DNA of 64,000 nucleotides from Gammaproteobacteria bacterium (GCA_965222155.1 CBDCTH010000012.1:224001-288000), one strand, 5' to 3'; shown: positions 1 to 10,126, counted from the first letter of the stretch. Notes: generated by a model from the letters alone, not told the origin. A program made the numbers and translations.

Positions 1-1190
1 GTAATTAGCGCGCGTCGCTCGTTGCGGCGTTCCAGTTCATCCAGTGCCGTGCCAATCAGCATCGCACCGGTGGCGCCAATCGGATGACCCAGAGCCATGG
101 CCCCACCATTCACATTGACCTTGCCACGGTCAAGCTCCAGGTGACGGATAAACTTCTCGGCCACTACCGCAAAGGCTTCGTTGATCTCCCACAAATCGAT
201 ATCGTCCACGGTAAGGTCCGCTTTCGTCAATACCTTTCTGGCGCCGTCGACCGGGGCGTCCAGAATCAGTGAAGGACAACCACCAACCACAGCCATAGCA
301 ACTACTTTGGCGCGCGGCGTCCAGTCCTGGGCCTGGCTGTAATCAGGGGACGCCAGCAGGATGGCGGCGGAACCGTCCACCACACCCGAGGACGTGCCCA
401 CATGGTGAACAGGCTGGATATCCATATCCGGGTACACTTTCAGCAGATGGCTTTTGAAGGTGTGATCCGGTTGATCCGGGATCGGCATATTGGCCACCTG
501 GGCAAAGGCCGGCTCCAGCTCGGCAAACCGCTCCAGGGTGCTGTCGGGACGCGGATACTCTTCATGGTCCAACGCCACGCTACCATCGTTGTGATAGACA
601 GTCACCATACTCTTATCGAAATAGCCGTTTTTAATCGCGTTATCGGCCCGTTGCTGACTCAAAACACCCAGCTTTTCCAGGTCTCCACGACCGATGCCTT
701 CTTTGGCTGCAATCGCATCCGCCGCCACACCCTGGTGGGTCATGGGATACAGGGCTCGCAGGTGCAGGTTGCCCATATCGTGCAATGCAGAGGGCGCGAC
801 CTTGTAGAACGACGGATACAACGACATCAGTTCAGTACCGCCACTGATTACCAGATCTTCCATACCCGACATAATCTTGGCTGCGGCGATATTGGTCGCC
901 GTAATGCTGGAACCGCAAAAGCGTTCCACCATCGTGGCAGCAGACATAATATCGTAACCCGCATCCAGTGCGCTCATGCGACCCAAATTGTTGGACTGGG
1001 TACCCGTCTGGGCCGCACAACCCCAGACGATATCATCCACTTCCGCCGTATTCAGGTCATTGCGATCGGCCAGCGCTTTCAGCACGGCGGCGCCCAGTCG
1101 ATGCGGGTGCAGGTCTGCAAGAGAACCCTTGCCCTGCTTGCCAATACCGCGAGGGGTACGACAAGCATCAATAATCCAGGCTTCTGACAT
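1..1190 (-). CDS. Acetyl-CoA C-acyltransferase (thiolase); 3' end runs off the window
   Basis: Manual minus-strand translation from ATG at 1190 gives MSEAWIIDACRTPRGIGKQGK...; C-terminal motifs NVNGGAMALGHPIGATGA and SSGVVDGSAA are present. Not in the ORF track because there is no stop in the window. Confidence 0.92.
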   Translation of the reverse strand, partial: MSEAWIIDACRTPRGIGKQGKGSLADLHPHRLGAAVLKALADRNDLNTAEVDDIVWGCAAQTGTQSNNLGRMSALDAGYDIMSAATMVERFCGSSITATNIAAAKIMSGMEDLVISGGTELMSLYPSFYKVAPSALHDMGNLHLRALYPMTHQGVAADAIAAKEGIGRGDLEKLGVLSQQRADNAIKNGYFDKSMVTVYHNDGSVALDHEEYPRPDSTLERFAELEPAFAQVANMPIPDQPDHTFKSHLLKVYPDMDIQPVHHVGTSSGVVDGSAAILLASPDYSQAQDWTPRAKVVAMAVVGGCPSLILDAPVDGARKVLTKADLTVDDIDLWEINEAFAVVAEKFIRHLELDRGKVNVNGGAMALGHPIGATGAMLIGTALDELERRNERRALI

Positions 1191-1226
1191 TTACTTCTCT
1201 AACTCATCGCGTATTGCCAAGGGAGC

Positions 1227-2432
1227 TTAGGCTATCGCGCCACAGCTGCGCAATTTCTCTACCTCTTCCAAGGTATAACCCAGTTCGTTCAGTATGGCTT
1301 CACTATGTTCGCCAGGGACTGGACCGCCAGTGCGAATCTCACCCGGAGTATCTGACAGTTTGACCGGTATGCCGATCTGTTTAATTGACCCAACCCGCTC
1401 GTCATAAAACTCAATCACCATATCCCGTGCGAGAATTTGTGCATCCCGGGTAGCCTCTTGCAGTGAATTAAGCGCGGACACACACACGTTCTTATCGCTG
1501 AAAAACCCGATCCATTCATCACGCGTTTTTTGTAAAAGTGCAGCCGCAATTTCTTTCCTCGCCTGCTGCTCTTCTTCATTGGGCATTCGATAGCGGTGGG
1601 AACTTGAGACAGTCAGTTCAGATAAATGATCCAAGTCGAGCGCTTTGCAAAAATTGACGTATAACCAGGGCTCGGCACAGGCGACTGAGAGATATTTGCC
1701 GTCGGCCGTTTCATAGACGGCATAGTAATGATAGGCGCCACCCGCAGGGCCGCCACCTTTGGGGATGTGTTTCCCGGTGTGAAAGAAGTCACGGACATTG
1801 TGGGTAGCGCTTAACAACGAGAACGAAGCATCGAGGTAAGACACGTCGACAAATTGTCCCTTGCCGGTGATATGGCGGGCATTCAGCGCCAACAGGATGC
1901 CCAATAGCGAATGCATGGTGCCGCCCGCATAATCAGCCACCAGATTGAGAGGCAACACCGGTGGACCATCGGCCTCACCAATCAGCCCCAAGGCGCCCGA
2001 CTGCGCCAGGTAGTTCAGATCGTGACCCGGCCAGTCCCGTTGCGGGCCGTCCTGACCAAAACCGGTCGCCGCGCAATAAATCAACCGCTTATTTCGGGCT
2101 TTCAGCGCCTCATAGCCAAAACCCAGGCGCTCCATTACGCCCGGGCGGAAACCATCGACTAGCACATCAGCGGTATCCAGCAATTTTTGTAACACAATCT
2201 TGCCGGCGGGGTGTTTGAGGTCTAAGGCTATACTGCGCTTGTTGCGCTCATAGGGGCAAAATCTTGCTGTTTTCAGAGCCTGTTCCATGTCTGCCTCGGC
2301 CGGGGCCTCCTTAACGGAATGCACCTTGATCACTTCAGCGCCATAGTCAGCCAAGATGCGGGTGCCAAACGCGTTGGGTGATGTTCTCGCCGCTTCAATG
2401 ACTTTTATAGCTTGTAAGGCGCGCACGGTCAA
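1227..2432 (-). CDS. CaiB/BaiF family III CoA-transferase
   Basis: LADYGAEVIKV, RNKRSIALDLK, DVLVDGFRPGVMERLG, GHDLNY motifs. Confidence 0.93.
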   Translation of the reverse strand: MTVRALQAIKVIEAARTSPNAFGTRILADYGAEVIKVHSVKEAPAEADMEQALKTARFCPYERNKRSIALDLKHPAGKIVLQKLLDTADVLVDGFRPGVMERLGFGYEALKARNKRLIYCAATGFGQDGPQRDWPGHDLNYLAQSGALGLIGEADGPPVLPLNLVADYAGGTMHSLLGILLALNARHITGKGQFVDVSYLDASFSLLSATHNVRDFFHTGKHIPKGGGPAGGAYHYYAVYETADGKYLSVACAEPWLYVNFCKALDLDHLSELTVSSSHRYRMPNEEEQQARKEIAAALLQKTRDEWIGFFSDKNVCVSALNSLQEATRDAQILARDMVIEFYDERVGSIKQIGIPVKLSDTPGEIRTGGPVPGEHSEAILNELGYTLEEVEKLRSCGAIA

Positions 2433-3505
2433 CCCGCCGCGCGAATAATGGCATGCATCAGTTTGTCGGCCTCTTGAATATATTTATCGACCATCCTGAC
2501 GTAGCCCTTCATAGCGCCGGATTGAGCTCCCTCCCCGTAACCACCTTTAGCGTAAATCGCCACGCCTTGAATAATCACGCAGGCCATACGCCAGTACTGG
2601 AAGGCCAGATAGTATTTGACGTCGGAGAGATCGCGTCCTGATTTCTCCGCGTAGCGTTCTAACAGGTAGCTATGATTGGGGAAGCCGGGAGCCTGTGAAG
2701 GACCAGGCCGGGTTGGGAATTCTTCTTCGGGGTGGGGCCAGAAGCTGATAATGTAACTGATGTCCGACAGGGGATCGCCGAGCGTACAGACTTCCCAATC
2801 CAGTACCGCGATAATATCACCTGCGGGGTCGACCATCACGTTTTCCAGCCGGTAATCACCATGTACGAAGACCGCGCTCCGCTGTGGCGGAATACGGGCT
2901 TCCAGTTGCCCTTGCAGTTCCATTATTCGGTGGTACTGCTCAACGCCATTCACCCGAGCAACCGCTTTCGTCCAGCGATTAATCTGGCGGGCAACAAAAT
3001 CTTCTTTCCTGCTCAAATCACCCAGGCCGACCGAGTCCGGATCAAGCGCCTGCAGTTCCACCAGGGTATCAACCAGTTGGTTGGCGGCATTGATGCGACC
3101 CGCCTCATCGAGGGCCTGCTCTGCATCTGCAGCGGTATTGAGAACCTTGCCGATAACAAAATACATCACATAAAAATCGGCGCCGGTTACCGCGTGGTCG
3201 GTGCACAAACCGGCCATACGCGGCACTGGCACCGGGGTATTTTCCAACGCTTTATAAATACGATACTCGCGCTGCACGTCGTGCGCTGAAGGCGTCAGTT
3301 TACCGGTTGGGGGACGCCGGAAAATAAAATTATTGCCTGCCGCATCAGTGACCTTATAGGTCAGGTTCGACAGGCCACCCGTAATCGCATCAAAACTCAG
3401 CGGTGGCTTTACGCCGGGGATATTCTCCTCAAACCATTTTGTAACCGACCGTGCATCAACGCCTAATATTTCCTGCTCAGCCGCGCCGTCCTGATTTGAA
3501 CTCAT
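2429..3505 (-). CDS. Phosphotransferase family protein (APH/ACAD10-N-like)
   Basis: GGLSNLTY, SAHDVQREY, VHGDYRLENV, VLDWEVCTLGDP. Confidence 0.9.
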   Translation of the reverse strand: MSSNQDGAAEQEILGVDARSVTKWFEENIPGVKPPLSFDAITGGLSNLTYKVTDAAGNNFIFRRPPTGKLTPSAHDVQREYRIYKALENTPVPVPRMAGLCTDHAVTGADFYVMYFVIGKVLNTAADAEQALDEAGRINAANQLVDTLVELQALDPDSVGLGDLSRKEDFVARQINRWTKAVARVNGVEQYHRIMELQGQLEARIPPQRSAVFVHGDYRLENVMVDPAGDIIAVLDWEVCTLGDPLSDISYIISFWPHPEEEFPTRPGPSQAPGFPNHSYLLERYAEKSGRDLSDVKYYLAFQYWRMACVIIQGVAIYAKGGYGEGAQSGAMKGYVRMVDKYIQEADKLMHAIIRAAG

Positions 3506-3520
3506 AGTCGGTTTTCCCTG

Positions 3521-4468
3521 TTAACAGTCGAACTGAACCCCGTGTTCGTCCGCGCCCACACCGGTTTCTCCTGTTTCTTCCCAGAAAAAATCCGATATGT
3601 TTTCAAACAGCATCAACTGCTGGCCTTTGCCATTCAAAGACAGCTCCGGGTCAGGCCAGGGGACATTAACCGCTGAGAAGCATCTGGCTGAGATGGTGTA
3701 GGTTTTCCCATTCCGATCGGTAAGACTATATTTGCTCGCAATCGGGCCATCGTTTTCATCCTTCTCGATATACACCGTTTCCATACTCCTGATGCGCACA
3801 ATACCTTCCGGTCCTGTCACATAACCCACCGTCAGGTTGCGATCATCCAGACGCATCCGGCTGACATGCACCAGTGAATCGGGGAAATGCGCCCAGATCC
3901 AGTTCCAGCCATCAAGTTGTGTATCTTCCCGATAACCCCAGGAGTGGTCGCGGTAGCCCAGACCTTTGATAATTCTGGTTTCTCCGCCTTTGACGAAGGT
4001 TCCGTTGACATGCAACGCCTGCTCGTAGTGGCGAATATTCATCGACTTGTTAGTGCCCGTTGGCGTTTTATCCTTGCGCTGCGCGGCATAGTCATAGGCA
4101 TCAAAGCGATTCGTGAAGGTAATATCTGCTGCGTAGCCGTCGCCCTTGTCGGTTATCCGTATTTCTTCGAAGGGTTTGACAAAATCCACCTTGATTCGAC
4201 CATGTTCAAGCTCGGTAAAGTTTTCATCAATATCGAGATAAACCTGGTTATAGTATTTTTCGCCACCCACTTTGTGGAAATTTGAGAAGCGTGCGCGTTT
4301 TTTATTTCGTTCCAGCGAGATATGGAATATTACAATAACATCATTTTCCCGGTCGATGCCGATAAAACCCCAGTTCTCCTTCCAGGGGGTAGGGTCTTCG
4401 CGCGGATAGTCCACGTGGACACGTTCATCATTGGGGTCCAAGCCAGAGTGTCTGATTTCAGTGGTCAT
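3521..4468 (-). CDS. Conserved hypothetical protein (tocopherol-cyclase/CrtC-like fold candidate)
   Basis: 315-aa ORF in operon; WKENWGF, HYEQ and RDHSWG motifs. Confidence 0.6.
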   Translation of the reverse strand: MTTEIRHSGLDPNDERVHVDYPREDPTPWKENWGFIGIDRENDVIVIFHISLERNKKRARFSNFHKVGGEKYYNQVYLDIDENFTELEHGRIKVDFVKPFEEIRITDKGDGYAADITFTNRFDAYDYAAQRKDKTPTGTNKSMNIRHYEQALHVNGTFVKGGETRIIKGLGYRDHSWGYREDTQLDGWNWIWAHFPDSLVHVSRMRLDDRNLTVGYVTGPEGIVRIRSMETVYIEKDENDGPIASKYSLTDRNGKTYTISARCFSAVNVPWPDPELSLNGKGQQLMLFENISDFFWEETGETGVGADEHGVQFDC

Positions 4469-4576
4469 AGGGGTATAATTATCCTGTAGTGTCCTGGGAC
4501 TTTCTAAAATAGCGGGTTATCGAGCACCCGAACCGGTTTTTAAAACGTGTGCGACGAAATCGACAGTTTCTTCTTT

Positions 4577-7192
4577 TTAGAAGTTATATTTGGCAGTCAC
4601 ACCGTAAGTTCTGGGAGGCTCAACAGCACGGAGTAGTGTAAATCCCGGGCCGACAAGGGGTTGGCCAATCCCACCTGTGAAACCTTTTTCATTGCTCAGG
4701 TTTTTCCCCCACGCCTCCAAAACCCATGTGCCTGTCTGCGAACCAATGCCCAAGGTAAGGTTAAGCTGTTTTGTATTATTTTTTCCGGACTGATCGTTGC
4801 TGACATCGGTGAATGCACTCGAACGATAAACGCCATTAAGGTTGGCGGTAATTTCCAGGGTGTCGCCAATTGGCTGCCTGAAGCCAACCAACACAGTTGA
4901 ACTGAAATTCGGCGCATTCCTCACATCCTCGCCGGCCATATCCACCTGACCGTTGACCAGGCCGGCGAGTCTTGCTTGTGTATTGGCGGCTCCATCAGGG
5001 AATGTATCGTAGCTCACATCCTGTACCGCGATACCGGCGCCGATCAGCCAATGATCACTCGGCCTATAAGTAAGATCCAGCTCCAGTCCCTTGGCTTCCA
5101 CCTCTGCCGCGTTTCTGATGACCAGCGCAGTACCGGTAAAGAACTGGAACTGGAAGTCCTCCAGCGTCTGGTAGAACAACGAAGCGTTCAGGCTCAGGCT
5201 GTTGTCCAGCAGGACGGACTTGATTCCCACTTCAAAAGCATCGACGGTTTCCGGGTCGAACTGCACAGCATCGGGGTTGCCCAGGTTAATCCCGGGTCTT
5301 GCACCAGCCGCCGCACGGTCAAGGTTCAGACCGCCGCCCTTGTAGCCCCGGGTATAGCGCGCGTAAACGCTGACGTCGTCGTTGACGTTGTAATTGACAC
5401 TGGCCGTACCGGAGATATTATCGTCATCATAGTCAGCCGAAAATGGTGCAAAAGGAACAAAGAACTGTAGCCCCTGGAAACCCGGAATCAATGCAGCCTG
5501 GAGTGCCGCTGTAACAGCAGCGCCGGTAGGAGTCGCAATAAATGCATCCATCGTTGCATTGTTTACCGCCGCGCCCGCCGCCGGATCCAAAGCTAAGCCA
5601 ACACCAGGAATAGGGGACGCCAGTGCCCCTCTAAGCAACTCGTTTCCATCAAGCTCTGCATATGGGTTGTGCATATCAGAGATATAATCCGCCTCCTTTT
5701 GTTCATTGGAATAGCGCAGCCCCAGGCTGACACTCAGAGCTTCCGTCGCATGCCAGGTAGCCTGACCAAAGAATGCGAAACTTTCAGTTTCATTGTTCGC
5801 GCCGGCTGAGTAAGTGGTGCCAGGACCATAATAAAAATTGCCGATACGATCAGGGGTGATTCCATCGGCGCCCAAAGCCAGTTGTCCCAGCTCAAAAGCA
5901 GCAAGAAGATCCGGTGCGAGAGCATCCAATAAGGGACGAAAGTCAGCGCCAATGGGTGCAGGTGAATCGTACGCCAGATCTGAATAATAGAGATAGGTTC
6001 CGACCGTCCAATCTAATGCCCCAGCGCCAGTAGAGTCCAGACGAATTTCCAGAGTTGCCTCATCCTGGTCATAGAATTGATCACGATGCTTGATCAGAGA
6101 GGTCGGGAGGAAATCCGCGTCCGCCGACTGGAAGTTCTTGAAATTGCGGTAAGAGCCAATCACAGTGAGGGCTGTTGCGTCGAAATCCCAGTTCAGCTCT
6201 GCCGAGATACCTTCGTCTTCGGTTTCGTCGGCCGCCAGATTCGGTGTGTTGATCAGACGTTTGCCAATATCGACTAACTCAGGATTCGCCAGGCCGGGAA
6301 CCTGAATTGGACGTGAGGGCAAGGGAAATTGTGTCTCTACGGGGAAAAATGCATCGAAAAACGCCTGGTTATCCCCTTTAACCAAGACGGTGCCCGGACA
6401 GCAGACTTCCTTAATTTCAGATCTGTCCACGATCATGCGTAGCGAGGCATCCGCGTTAATATCCCAGAGCAACTGACCGCGAACATTCCAGCGATCGCGG
6501 TCATAGGGTTCCTGACCGTTAATGATGTTATTGGCGAAGCCGTCCCGCTCATGCCAGGAGCCTGCCAGGCTAAAGGCCAGCGTATCCTCAACCAGCGCGC
6601 CTGTTACCGAAGCGCGCACCTGTCGCATATCGAAGTTGCCATAGGTAGCCTCCAGGTTACCACCGGTTTCATAGGATGGCTTGGCTGTGCGCACATTGAG
6701 TACGCCGGCAGCGGTGTTGCGACCAAACAGAGTACCTTGAGGGCCTTTCAGGATTTCGATACTCTCCAGGTCAACATAGTCAGATACCGCTGAACCCGCA
6801 CGCCCACGATAGACGCCGTCGATAAAAATACCCACGGACTGTTCAAAACTGGGATTGTTGCCGGAAGTACCAATACCACGTATGGTAAGTTCGGTTTCAA
6901 CCGAACCGTTACCGTCGGTGACCGTGACCGACGGCGATAACTGAATCAAGTCGCCCATATCCCGAACTTTGGCCTGATCCAGTGTTTCGCCGCTATAAAC
7001 CGAAACTGATAAAGGCACATCCAGAATGGACTGCTCACGTTTTTGCGCGTAGACAACCACCTCTTCAATCACTGCAGCCCCTGCGCTTGTTGCCACCAGG
7101 ACCGTAGCCAGCAGAGCGATGGCGCCCGCCAGCAACCCGGGTCGTCGTGCTCCGATCGCAAAATGACCTCTGTTATCATTTGATTTCAACAC
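4577..7192 (-). CDS. TonB-dependent receptor
   Basis: Signal peptide, IEEVVVYAQKREQSILDVP, IEILKGPQGTLFGRN, C-terminal PRTYGVTAKYNF; GAGGAGG RBS before GTG at 7192. Confidence 0.95.
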   Translation of the reverse strand: MLKSNDNRGHFAIGARRPGLLAGAIALLATVLVATSAGAAVIEEVVVYAQKREQSILDVPLSVSVYSGETLDQAKVRDMGDLIQLSPSVTVTDGNGSVETELTIRGIGTSGNNPSFEQSVGIFIDGVYRGRAGSAVSDYVDLESIEILKGPQGTLFGRNTAAGVLNVRTAKPSYETGGNLEATYGNFDMRQVRASVTGALVEDTLAFSLAGSWHERDGFANNIINGQEPYDRDRWNVRGQLLWDINADASLRMIVDRSEIKEVCCPGTVLVKGDNQAFFDAFFPVETQFPLPSRPIQVPGLANPELVDIGKRLINTPNLAADETEDEGISAELNWDFDATALTVIGSYRNFKNFQSADADFLPTSLIKHRDQFYDQDEATLEIRLDSTGAGALDWTVGTYLYYSDLAYDSPAPIGADFRPLLDALAPDLLAAFELGQLALGADGITPDRIGNFYYGPGTTYSAGANNETESFAFFGQATWHATEALSVSLGLRYSNEQKEADYISDMHNPYAELDGNELLRGALASPIPGVGLALDPAAGAAVNNATMDAFIATPTGAAVTAALQAALIPGFQGLQFFVPFAPFSADYDDDNISGTASVNYNVNDDVSVYARYTRGYKGGGLNLDRAAAGARPGINLGNPDAVQFDPETVDAFEVGIKSVLLDNSLSLNASLFYQTLEDFQFQFFTGTALVIRNAAEVEAKGLELDLTYRPSDHWLIGAGIAVQDVSYDTFPDGAANTQARLAGLVNGQVDMAGEDVRNAPNFSSTVLVGFRQPIGDTLEITANLNGVYRSSAFTDVSNDQSGKNNTKQLNLTLGIGSQTGTWVLEAWGKNLSNEKGFTGGIGQPLVGPGFTLLRAVEPPRTYGVTAKYNF

Positions 7193-7236
7193 AATCACCT
7201 CCTCACAAGGGGTTATAATTGTTACTATCCAATGAT

Positions 7237-7264
7237 ATTTTAGATGGGGGGGGGGGGGTGTCCA
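7237..7264 (-). promoter_or_regulatory. Candidate sigma70 promoter TGGACA-16 bp-TAAAAT with a C13 tract in the spacer
   Basis: Minus strand reads TGGACA CCCCCCCCCCCCC ATC TAAAAT, about 45 bp upstream of the TBDR start. Confidence 0.55.
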
Positions 7265-7487
7265 TGACAAAAATACTGGTGAAAATGTACCAAAAATTAC
7301 CAAACCTGATTTTTAATGCAAGTGATAAAATCCGGCGCGGTTTTGTACCTGAAATAGACGGCGTGAATTTGGCGACACCAGGCAATGCCGGATCCCCAAA
7401 GTGTTATTAAGGAAAAAGCTTGACTAATAGACCCTGAACAACTCCAAAATCCACTCTAACTTATTGATTATACCTATGTAACCTGTC

Positions 7488-7600
7488 CAGCAGTTCCCGC
7501 TAACTCCCGCGATCGAGGGCATTCTGCCCTCGTGGAGGGCGAGATGCCCTCCCTCCCAGGGAAATATGCCCCTTTATGGTCAGAGGAACTTGGGGGACAG
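7488..7600 (+). repeat. R element (palindromic MITE/REP-like), truncated
   Basis: CAGCAGTTCCCGCTAA...GAGGGCATTCTGCCCTC GTG GAGGGCGAGATGCCCTC...GGGGGACAG, matching the array copies; cut at the palindrome. Confidence 0.85.
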
Positions 7601-7670
7601 GGCAAGATCATACTTTTTGTCATAAGCAGGGGGTTTTTATTCCAAAGAGATATATATAAGCAAGGAACTT
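7598..7670 (+). mobile_element. ISAs1-like terminus / MITE-B fragment
   Basis: CAGGGCAAGATCATACTT followed by sequence similar to 25301-25345. Confidence 0.55.
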
Positions 7671-7727
7671 AAGGATGTTGTGGGGATCATAGCAGTATCC
7701 ACCCCAACTTGAGGAGAAGCCGATGAG

Positions 7728-8312
7728 GTGGCTGGCGCATCGGGCAACATTGGCATGCTGGTCTGTCAGATGGCGAAGATGTCCGGCCTGGAAGTGATTG
7801 GTATCGCCGGGGGTGAAATGAAGTGCAACTGGCTGATGGATAATCTTGACATTGATGCGGTAATTGATTACAAGTCCGATGATGATGAGAAGCGCATGGC
7901 TGAGCTGTGTCCCGATGGCATGGATATCTTCTTCGATAATGTGGGTGGTGAAGTTCTGAACGCGGCCATGGCGAATATGGCTAAAGGTTGCCGGGTGGTT
8001 GTCTGTGGTGAAACCTCACAGATGGAGCTGGAAGGGGCGAAGTTGAAGAAGGACGTGCCCAGCACCCTCTCTCAAGAAGGCCCCAGCAACTACTTTAATC
8101 TGGTGTATGCGGAAGCCGAAATGCGTGGCCTGTATGTTATGAAATATGCGAGTCAATTCCCTCAGGTGATGAAATGGCTGGCCGGGAAGTATACTTTGGG
8201 CGAGTTTATTTATAAGGAAGATAGAGCTTTTGAAGGTCTTGAGAATGTGCCTAAAATGATGATGCGCATGATGGCCGGGGAGAATTTTGGCAGTAGTGTC
8301 TTCCAGTTATAA
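7728..8312 (+). pseudogene. 5'-truncated NADP-dependent oxidoreductase (CurA/PTGR-like MDR family)
   Basis: Begins abruptly at the Rossmann motif (AGASGNIG); has IDYK, CPDGMDIFFDNVGG, GENFG; the N-terminal ~140 aa are missing. Confidence 0.75.
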
Positions 8313-8319
8313 ATAGCGT

Positions 8320-9105
8320 ATGATTAACACCCTTCAAAGTTACCAGGCAGGACTTCACCTGTTTTATCATCCGTATTCCAACTGTTCGCAGCGCATCCTG
8401 TTGCTGCTGGCGGAAAAGCGTATTGATGCCGAAATGCACGAGGTCAATTTACTGAAGAGCGAACAGTTAACGGAGGACTATTTGCGCATCAATCCCAAGG
8501 CGGAGGTGCCGGCTATTATTCACAACGGCAAGAAGGTTAATGAATCCAGTGAAATTCTGAAATACCTGGAGGCGGAGTTTCCTGAGCCGTCGTTATCACC
8601 GGACGGTGACCAGGCGCTACAACTGATGGAGGCCTGGATAGCCTCTGCCGCGGAGTCCCATTTGAGTGGAGTGGCCAACTATGTTTATTCCCACGGTTAT
8701 GGCCGATTGCCCAGGCCCGAAGACTGGGAGTTCTATCAAAAGCATATTCCCCACCGGGCAAAATTCCATGAAGATCGTCGCAAAGGCCTGATAGGATGTG
8801 ATCCGGCGGCTGCCAGGGCCGTACTGGACGAGCAGTTTTCTAAACTTGAAGTAGCACTGGAGAACAATGACTGGCTGGTTGAGGATAGCTACAGCCTGGC
8901 CGATATTGCCTGGTTTCCCAATGTCGGTGTACTCAGGTTACTGGGTTATTCGGTTGATAAATTTCCCAATGTACAACGATGGGCTGAACGGATAGAAGCC
9001 AGACCCGCTTATCACAATGGTATCGGTAGCAAATTGAAGAACATACCGGGTTGGCTGATAGGGGTTATCGCCAGATTAAATAACAAATTTGGTAACCGGG
9101 GCTGA
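8320..9105 (+). CDS. Glutathione S-transferase family protein
   Basis: SNCSQR, INPKAEVP, ESSEILKYL, YSLADIAW. Confidence 0.92.
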   Translation: MINTLQSYQAGLHLFYHPYSNCSQRILLLLAEKRIDAEMHEVNLLKSEQLTEDYLRINPKAEVPAIIHNGKKVNESSEILKYLEAEFPEPSLSPDGDQALQLMEAWIASAAESHLSGVANYVYSHGYGRLPRPEDWEFYQKHIPHRAKFHEDRRKGLIGCDPAAARAVLDEQFSKLEVALENNDWLVEDSYSLADIAWFPNVGVLRLLGYSVDKFPNVQRWAERIEARPAYHNGIGSKLKNIPGWLIGVIARLNNKFGNRG

Positions 9106-9252
9106 TTGAGATTCGCTGTTTCCTGACTCATCAATCATGACGCTACGATAAAAACAGGTATTACAACAGGCCTGAATACGGTGAACTCCATAAGGATAAA
9201 ATGCTGTTATCTTAAAATACTGGACAGGGCGATAGCTCCGGCATGCTCAGTG

Positions 9253-9975
9253 TCATGATAACAAGCTTTCAATCAACTCGGTTAATTGCGTTGGTTGCGA
9301 CCAAAAAGGCGAGTGCGAGGCCGCTATAGACACTACTCGTTCAAAATCCCAACGCGCATGCATTTCTCGCTGGTGTTCAATACTGATAGCCTCGTCATCC
9401 AGGCATTCAATATAGTACTTGGGCACTTGCCCTAAACCATCCTGAGTATAAGCGGTTCGGGACAGCAATGGCCTTACAGGTTGAGGCTGGATAAATTGCT
9501 CAGCAGCCCTTTGGTCAGCGACTGAACAGTCACTGTAAAAGCGCTTTATTCCCGTGTCTGACCGCACTAACAGTGAAGCGGTAATCAGTGAAAATTTGCA
9601 CAATACGGATAGATCGGTCGCTTTCTCACTTTGGCCTGCGCTATACACACTTGCTACGCCGTATGGCACAACAGCCGTAAGATAGATGAGTTTATCAAAC
9701 AGTTCAGGTCGTTTCTGGGCAGCCGCCGAGACCACAAAACCACCCATGGAGTGCCCCATGGCAACAACAGGTTCTGCAGCCCTTTCCGCAGCAGCAATGA
9801 CATCCCCGGTATAATCATCCATAGTAATTCGAAACGCATTTTTTTTTCGTCCACCGGTTTGCCCCGTCAGGTTGACCACGCTTGCCTGATGCCCCTTTGC
9901 AGTAAGTAAAGGCTGGACCCTGGACCAACAACGTCCATCGTGAAAAGAACCGTGTACCAATACAATGTGCGCCAT
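9253..9975 (-). CDS. Alpha/beta hydrolase (esterase)
   Basis: VLVHGSFH, GHSMGG nucleophile elbow, SHSPF. Confidence 0.9.
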   Translation of the reverse strand: MAHIVLVHGSFHDGRCWSRVQPLLTAKGHQASVVNLTGQTGGRKKNAFRITMDDYTGDVIAAAERAAEPVVAMGHSMGGFVVSAAAQKRPELFDKLIYLTAVVPYGVASVYSAGQSEKATDLSVLCKFSLITASLLVRSDTGIKRFYSDCSVADQRAAEQFIQPQPVRPLLSRTAYTQDGLGQVPKYYIECLDDEAISIEHQREMHARWDFERVVSIAASHSPFWSQPTQLTELIESLLS

Positions 9976-10096
9976 AAATTACCCCTGTTGGACGATAAAA
10001 TCCGAACAATACCCACCAATGCCCGAGGTGTTAACTGCAAACGCGTCCTCGATTATATGCCTGTGATTCTGAATCTCTATGACCAATAAGCTGGCA

Positions 10097-10126
10097 ACTA
10101 TTATAGCACGCAAATGCTATAATAGT
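10097..10126. promoter_or_regulatory. Perfect 12-bp inverted repeat giving TGCTATAAT (extended -10) on both strands
   Basis: ACTATTATAGCA cgcaaa TGCTATAATAGT. Confidence 0.55.

Noticed and set aside
402-1187. 261-aa plus-strand ORF
   Set aside because: Antisense shadow of the thiolase, whose motifs are clear on the minus strand.
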